DNA of 64,000 nucleotides from Octopus vulgaris. Its lineage: Eukaryota. The stretch spans positions 12,090,001-12,154,000 of the forward strand of contig OX597841.1 in NCBI GenBank assembly GCA_951406725.2, written 5' to 3'. Below are positions 60,501 to 64,000 of this stretch, one piece after another (position 1 is the stretch's first letter; each line of letters starts with the position of its first letter). The position numbers and the translations under genes were made by a program. The notes under the pieces were generated by a model, which saw nothing but the letters and a program-made list of their open reading frames with translations, did not search any database and had not been told where the DNA came from.

Positions 60501-61932
60501 CAGATAGATAGATAGATAGATAGATATGTACATATATTTATATAGACATATATATATACACACACACACATATATATTAGATAGATATGTACATCTATTT
60601 ATATAGACACACACACATATATTTTTGCTCCTAGACATCTGATAATAATTTGGTCAGAGACATATGGCAATGCTTACTTTGGTCATAAACTTTTGCTTTG
60701 TAAAATCCACCAAAGCATTCAGCTTCAAGGTTGGCATCTGTCATGTGAAACTCTTCTACTGTGATGTCGTTGAATTTGAACCAGCAGCCCTTCTTAGGAT
60801 TTGTTGAGACTGTCCCTCTGCAACTCACACAAAAAAAAAGGTTCATCAGATCAATAGGAGAATGTGCATGTGTATAAAACACTAAGTCATGTGTCAATTC
60901 TTTGTTGTGCAGGATAGTGGCTGTGCTGAGAGAGGTGGATTATAAAAGTGAGAAGTAAACTCAACATACAGGGAAATGGTTTGGCAGACACAGACAGATA
61001 TATATTGGTAAATAAGTAAGAATTTTTTTGTTAGCACTTAGGAATGATGGAGGAAGTAGTCCTCAAATCAAAGACTTGGCTGTAATGACCCCAGGATTAA
61101 GTGAGGAGTTACATCTACTACACAACAACTCAGAACACAAAGTGAGGGATCAAATACCACAAGGTGTTTCTAACAATGTTCTAACAACTCCTTGACCAGG
61201 GAATTGATGAATTTGATTGATGAAAAGTTAATTGATCTAGGTGGGATTTGAACTCAAGAGTTAGAAGATCCAGAACAAATACCACAAGGTACTTAGTGGT
61301 CTGCACTAATGACTACTAATTAACCACTGGAATTGATACAGATAACTTGTATTGTCTGTTTCCTCCCTTTGTGTTCTGATTTGCTTTGTAGTAAACTTGA
61401 TCCCTCAACTTGTCCTGGGGTCACTTCAGTGTGGAGGGGGGGAATTACCTTGTTAGAAGCTTTGAGACCAAGTCTCTGGTTTGAGGATCACACCTTACTT
61501 CCTCCCCACCCCCAGTTTCAGTGGACTCTGAAAATAAAAGGGGTCAAGGGAGCTGCTTTTCCCTCCCTAAGTGAAGAGGTAAAAAGAAAAAGAGAAATAA
61601 GGAATGACAGTAGCAGCAGCAGTAGTGGTGGTCATCCTTGGAAACACTGCAACTCACCTGCGGTCTTTAATAAAGGAGTAGTAGTGGCCAGCATTAGCTT
61701 GACCACTATGGACGACAATGCCAACAAGTTCATAATGTATTCGGTTTGGTATGACTTGGTTTGTTGAGGTGACGGGATCAACATACTGACCATCTGCCGA
61801 GTCTTCCTGACATGACAACCCCAACGTTGATTTCTCACTAGTCTCCTCATCAGAATAGTTGTGAAGGATTTCACTCTCTCGCCTTGCCATCCCTTCAGCT
61901 GTATAAGGCTCCATGTCGAGGACCCAGGGAAA
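34880..61932 (-). CDS. USP24: Ubiquitin carboxyl-terminal hydrolase 24-like, 3' part (17 exons; upstream exons outside the window)
   Basis: All exons are GT-AG flanked and phase-compatible. His box GHYYSFIKDRR, WFKFND, ECFGG, YMLFYER and the USP24-type C-terminus FQRTVSAQ/DTLDSATALL. Confidence 0.92.
35518..35607 (-). CDS. USP24: USP24 exon P
   Basis: MSDYWVPSNAIPVSNEDSNQKSFQRTVSAQ; cag| ... |gtaaat. Confidence 0.93.
36677..36831 (-). CDS. USP24: USP24 exon O
   Basis: TIRSFHLSDSSRSYQCIKFLVQLCNRCGLAKDQLMKTSTKWQWAVNWLEKK; cag| ... |gtaatc. Confidence 0.93.
36986..37050. repeat. Perfect 26-bp inverted repeat with 13-nt spacer
   Basis: ttacatgttgatggattggattttat / ataaaatccaatccatcaacatgtaa. 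Confidence 0.92.
37495..37588 (-). CDS. USP24: USP24 exon N
   Basis: LLEDPLQLKRLKWVVIDGHMNENGKKFEGLL; cag| ... |gtaagt. Confidence 0.9.
37960..39000 (-). mobile_element. Decayed L1/Tx1-type LINE 3' region
   Basis: Minus-strand remnant ETVLHSLVQC (C-terminal Cys/His motif) and ALIEIFRGHLKNK; limits approximate. Confidence 0.5.
39506..39905 (-). mobile_element. Full-length tRNA-derived SINE inserted in an RTE-tail element (39400-40130)
   Basis: Head GGCGCAGAAGTGGCTGTGTGGTAAG (A box)...GGTTCAGTCCC (B box), internal (TA/TG)n, A-rich tail. Confidence 0.88.
40262..40327 (-). CDS. USP24: USP24 exon M
   Basis: VQYQTAPCNEVRNIFSLLMEIL; tag| ... |gtaaga. Confidence 0.9.
40422..40535 (-). CDS. USP24: USP24 exon L
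   Basis: VVYAVREVSSNLDSVTDMLLACSFCNSTFSMTVLECLM; aag| ... |gtaagg. Confidence 0.9.
40781..40899 (-). CDS. USP24: USP24 exon K
   Basis: PDPFKVYTPQTVSPQLYLKMSDDMFYFVFGAGSYRYINE; cag| ... |gtgagt. Confidence 0.85.
41361..41472 (-). CDS. USP24: USP24 exon J
   Basis: ELSSRRWIPIQARDFGHLQTTLATLILNCDVSSYRTD; tag| ... |gtaggt. Confidence 0.92.
42690..45715 (+). mobile_element. 5'-truncated RTE-type LINE (partial APE, RT, PHD-like finger, 3' UTR), antisense within a USP24 intron
   Basis: ORF pieces 42661-43548, 43576-43956 and 43963-45186 in one frame split by single stops; CNTNF...SQID...QHRL, LYADD, YLG, GRGRPRKT; tail ends (tga)n. Confidence 0.95.
46050..48880 (+). mobile_element. Older decayed RTE fragment hosting the hAT insertion
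   Basis: Remnants YERLL, PSGIT.EMLK and PNDWCSS left of 46358 continue as SNYRSIKL...KTFDRVPR right of 48551. Confidence 0.8.
46359..48550 (+). mobile_element. Decayed full-length hAT transposon (SPIN/Charlie, GTF2IRD2-like transposase)
   Basis: TIRs gtgtcaaactca / tgagtttgacac, degenerate 8-bp TSD ctttagat / ccttagac; transposase from ATG 46736 (MAKRKVDSENRAF, SLSRNT, CIIHQ, HTEVWWLS, CEQLFS) with many lesions. Confidence 0.92.
50372..50458 (-). CDS. USP24: USP24 exon I
   Basis: GTKACSHMFHRKGFNHLINFLLGTVDKEE; cag| ... |gtaggt. Confidence 0.85.
50760..50879 (-). CDS. USP24: USP24 exon H
   Basis: TYKSFDQLVGHLLHMLNKDLPDNIKNSTQYFLVLKSYVQM; cag| ... |gtaaga. Confidence 0.92.
51804..51903 (-). 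CDS. USP24: USP24 exon G
   Basis: SFLLECPNKDVRLTLAKILQRMMNSFFQHGAVA; tag| ... |gtgagt. Confidence 0.9.
53191..53304 (-). CDS. USP24: USP24 exon F
   Basis: AELDDWVTVIEMLVTRCKEACMCLVDMIGEDDGYTYI; cag| ... |gtaagt. Confidence 0.9.
53624..53727 (-). CDS. USP24: USP24 exon E
   Basis: AHETDPNYSKLCVQSLQLAMKFLINTYFRAKLKT; cag| ... |gtaaga. Confidence 0.9.
53968..54638 (-). mobile_element. Internally deleted mariner
   Basis: Degenerate TIRs ggttggaaaagttcataggatga / tcagcctatgaaaattttaaccc; ESLENDPMSGHP and KVSAWWVPHLLT motifs. Confidence 0.85.
55695..55893 (-). CDS. USP24: USP24 exon D
   Basis: RSLNSDSLVELTELVHKGEKRGIFTEKMPA...KNRDIY...LAAVNA; tag| ... |gtaagt. Confidence 0.93.
57214..57507 (+). 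mobile_element. Short non-autonomous Helitron
   Basis: A|TC start, subterminal hairpin CCCGAGCAACGCCGGG (57480-57495), CTAG|T end, no TSD. Confidence 0.8.
59686..59824 (-). CDS. USP24: USP24 exon C
   Basis: MTYPEDRIRYWNGYMLFYERMDEPKTPVSAKKSKVSLSKCSHFEP; cag| ... |gtaagt. Confidence 0.93.
60678..60817 (-). CDS. USP24: USP24 exon B
   Basis: GTVSTNPKKGCWFKFNDITVEEF...ECFGGFYKAKVYDQ; cag| ... |gtaagc. Confidence 0.95.
61658..61932 (-). CDS. USP24: USP24 exon A (His box)
   Basis: FPWVLDMEPYT...YELVGIVVHSGQANAGHYYSFIKDR; tag| ... |gtgagt. Confidence 0.95.
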
Positions 61933-62394
61933 CTACAAAGAATCATAAAAAAAAAGGGGTCAAAGTCTACCACCAAAGTTTCATGATATGTTGCTAGGGG
62001 TTCCACAACAGATTCCTGGTAGTTCTGTGAGAGGTCACTAGTAGTTCTGCAAGGGCTCATTAGATTTTCCATGGAAGATTGCTAGTAATTCTACAGGAAA
62101 TTATAAAGGATCCCATAAGGAGCTCTACAAGAGTTTGCTAAGGGTTTTGTGACACTTTTGCAGTAGGTTGCTAGGTCCCACACAGGTCACTAGGCATTCA
62201 GCAAGAAATAATGAGAAATACACTAATTCTATACAAATATAGTTTTGTATTTAATTATATGTTTGTAATTAACTGTATATACTTTCAAATTTTAACCCTT
62301 TATTTCTCAACATAAAGCTGTTTCCCTCTATTTTATTCCCACCCAGTTGAGGGGTTCTTCAGTCTTCAGTGACATGGTGACCTCACTAGGGTTG

Positions 62395-62560
62395 ATGCCA
62401 TGGAAAAGAGCACACAGTTACTCTGTAAAGTGGTCAGTGTTAGGAAGGGCATCCAGTTGTAGAAACCATCCAAATCAGATATTGGAACAGACTTGGTGGA
62501 TCCTCTTAAACTGTTGAACTTATGCCAACATGAAAGATGGACATTAAATGATGATGATGA
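62395..62560 (+). mobile_element. RTE-tail SINE/LINE 3' end
   Basis: gttaggaagggcatccag...ggacattaaa(tga)n. Confidence 0.7.
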
Positions 62561-63194
62561 TATGTGACATATTTAGTAGAAAAATGCTGGTAACAGTAGG
62601 TAGTAAAGAGACTTTACATAAAAATGGCTTCATAGAGAATTGTAGGGATATACAGTTGAAAACAGGGTCTTAGTAAAAAAGATAAAATTTTAAAACCTTC
62701 TTTGTGATGTCTGATGAAGTTAACACTGACAAACCTTTCAAAGAATGTTTTAAGATTTAAGCTCTTATGAAAGGTAAATGAAAAGATTAAAAAAGAAATA
62801 GAATAATTGCTGTGTAAGGTTTTCCATGAGACATGTAATGTATTCTAAGGATAAAACAGTTGGCCAATGTTGAACTAAATGTTGCTTGGTGTGCAAGTAA
62901 TAGCAGCCAACTCAACCTCAAATCACACCCTACCATCTTAAATAAGTAATTTACGTTTATTTAATGTAGTCCTAGATACACACATACAGCTAATAATATG
63001 TAGTCAGGATTAAGCTATCAATGAAATTTTCTGCTGTTCTAGTGACTTCCAGTCTCATGTACCATGGAGATCTTTCATACTAGTGTCCACTCTTTTTACA
63101 GCTGTAAAATAATTGCCACTGAAACAAAACTCAAAAAATACTAAGAATGAAAATACTGAATCCTCAAGATGTTTAAACTATAGAGTGAAAAACA

Positions 63195-63485
63195 TTTTCA
63201 AGGCTTGAAAGAACTGAAGCTAGAATGCTTCACTGGATGTGCAATGTCAGTGTGCATGCATGAATGAGTGTAAGCATCCTGAAAGAAAAGTTGGGCATAA
63301 GAGGCATCAGATGTGGTGTGCAAGTGAGACGACTGAGCTGGTATGGTTATATGATGCATATGGATGTGGACAGCTGGGTAAAGTAGTGCCAATCTCTAAC
63401 TGTAGAGGGAACATGTGAAAGGGGTAGACACATGAAGACATGGGATCATGTGGTGAAGCATGATCTTCAAATATTGGGCCGCACA
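63195..63485 (+). mobile_element. RTE ORF C-terminal remnant
   Basis: RLERTEARMLHWMCNVSV...GIRCGVQVRRL..., homologous to 44940-45220. Confidence 0.8.
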
Positions 63486-64000
63486 TAAAATTAGTGCTTG
63501 GGGAGGAAGGTTTAACTTAAACAGCGTTTTTGTGTTAGTTTTTAAAGACAATTTGGAACTTTTAAAACTCTTCCAATAAGGAATTCTATGGACAGAAGCT
63601 TGATTTCAGCTTCTTGTTAATTAGTGGGGAAGGGGTAAAAATCTACTTCAGTGTAGGTTGGTGATCTGGGAAACAACTATGCAGACAGATTCCATATTTT
63701 TGTGGGATGTGCAAAGGCCAGGGGAGCAATGAGAAATTTTGGAAAAAGTTATTTTTCAGAAACTTGGCTTTAATTTCAAGCATGTTGAGAGACCATTTTG
63801 AAGCCTTGCACATTTCATCAGCTGGTTCGATACAAGAGGAAATGAGCAGCCAAGTTCAAAATAATCTGGAATATTGTTATGAGGACAGAGTTAAATATTC
63901 CAAAACCAGGAAGGGGATAGATTGAAAAATTCTTCTGGTAGATTTTCAATGGCTGGATGCCCTTTCTGTCCCCCATCTCACACCTATTTCCTCAGTCTAG

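Noticed and set aside
61933-64000. Further upstream USP24 exon (expected LxRFxFDW-type motif)
   Set aside because: Not found; the region contains only repeat remnants, so the intron extends beyond the window

Overview
AT-rich, repeat-dense animal genomic DNA. It is most likely an octopus (coleoid cephalopod), inferred from the tRNA-derived SINEs, RTE LINEs and [15 protein letters not shown] zinc fingers. The right half (34.9-61.9 kb, minus strand) holds the last 17 coding exons of a USP24-like deubiquitinase, which splice into one continuous frame. Its introns carry RTE, hAT/SPIN-like, mariner, L1/Tx1, Helitron and SINE insertions. The centre (16.3-29.3 kb) is a ~13 kb satellite of GTCATTTAAC 10-mers and GTCATGTCATTTAAC 15-mers. 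The left part is a transposon nest: a decayed Tc1, a probable promoter with 5' exons, an old gag-bearing LTR element split by a young GC-rich 4.2 kb LTR retrotransposon, a C2H2 ZNF pseudogene, and CR1, RTE and Penelope remnants. The young element has apparently identical LTRs, a 5-bp TSD and a -1 frameshift signal. Best candidate for novelty: it lacks a TGG-type primer-binding site. Instead, the 12 nt directly after its 5' LTR (AGCTATTTCGGC) are the exact reverse complement of the 5' end of tRNA-Phe, suggesting priming by a short 5' tRNA fragment. All coordinates were read by eye and family names come from recalled motifs, not database searches.
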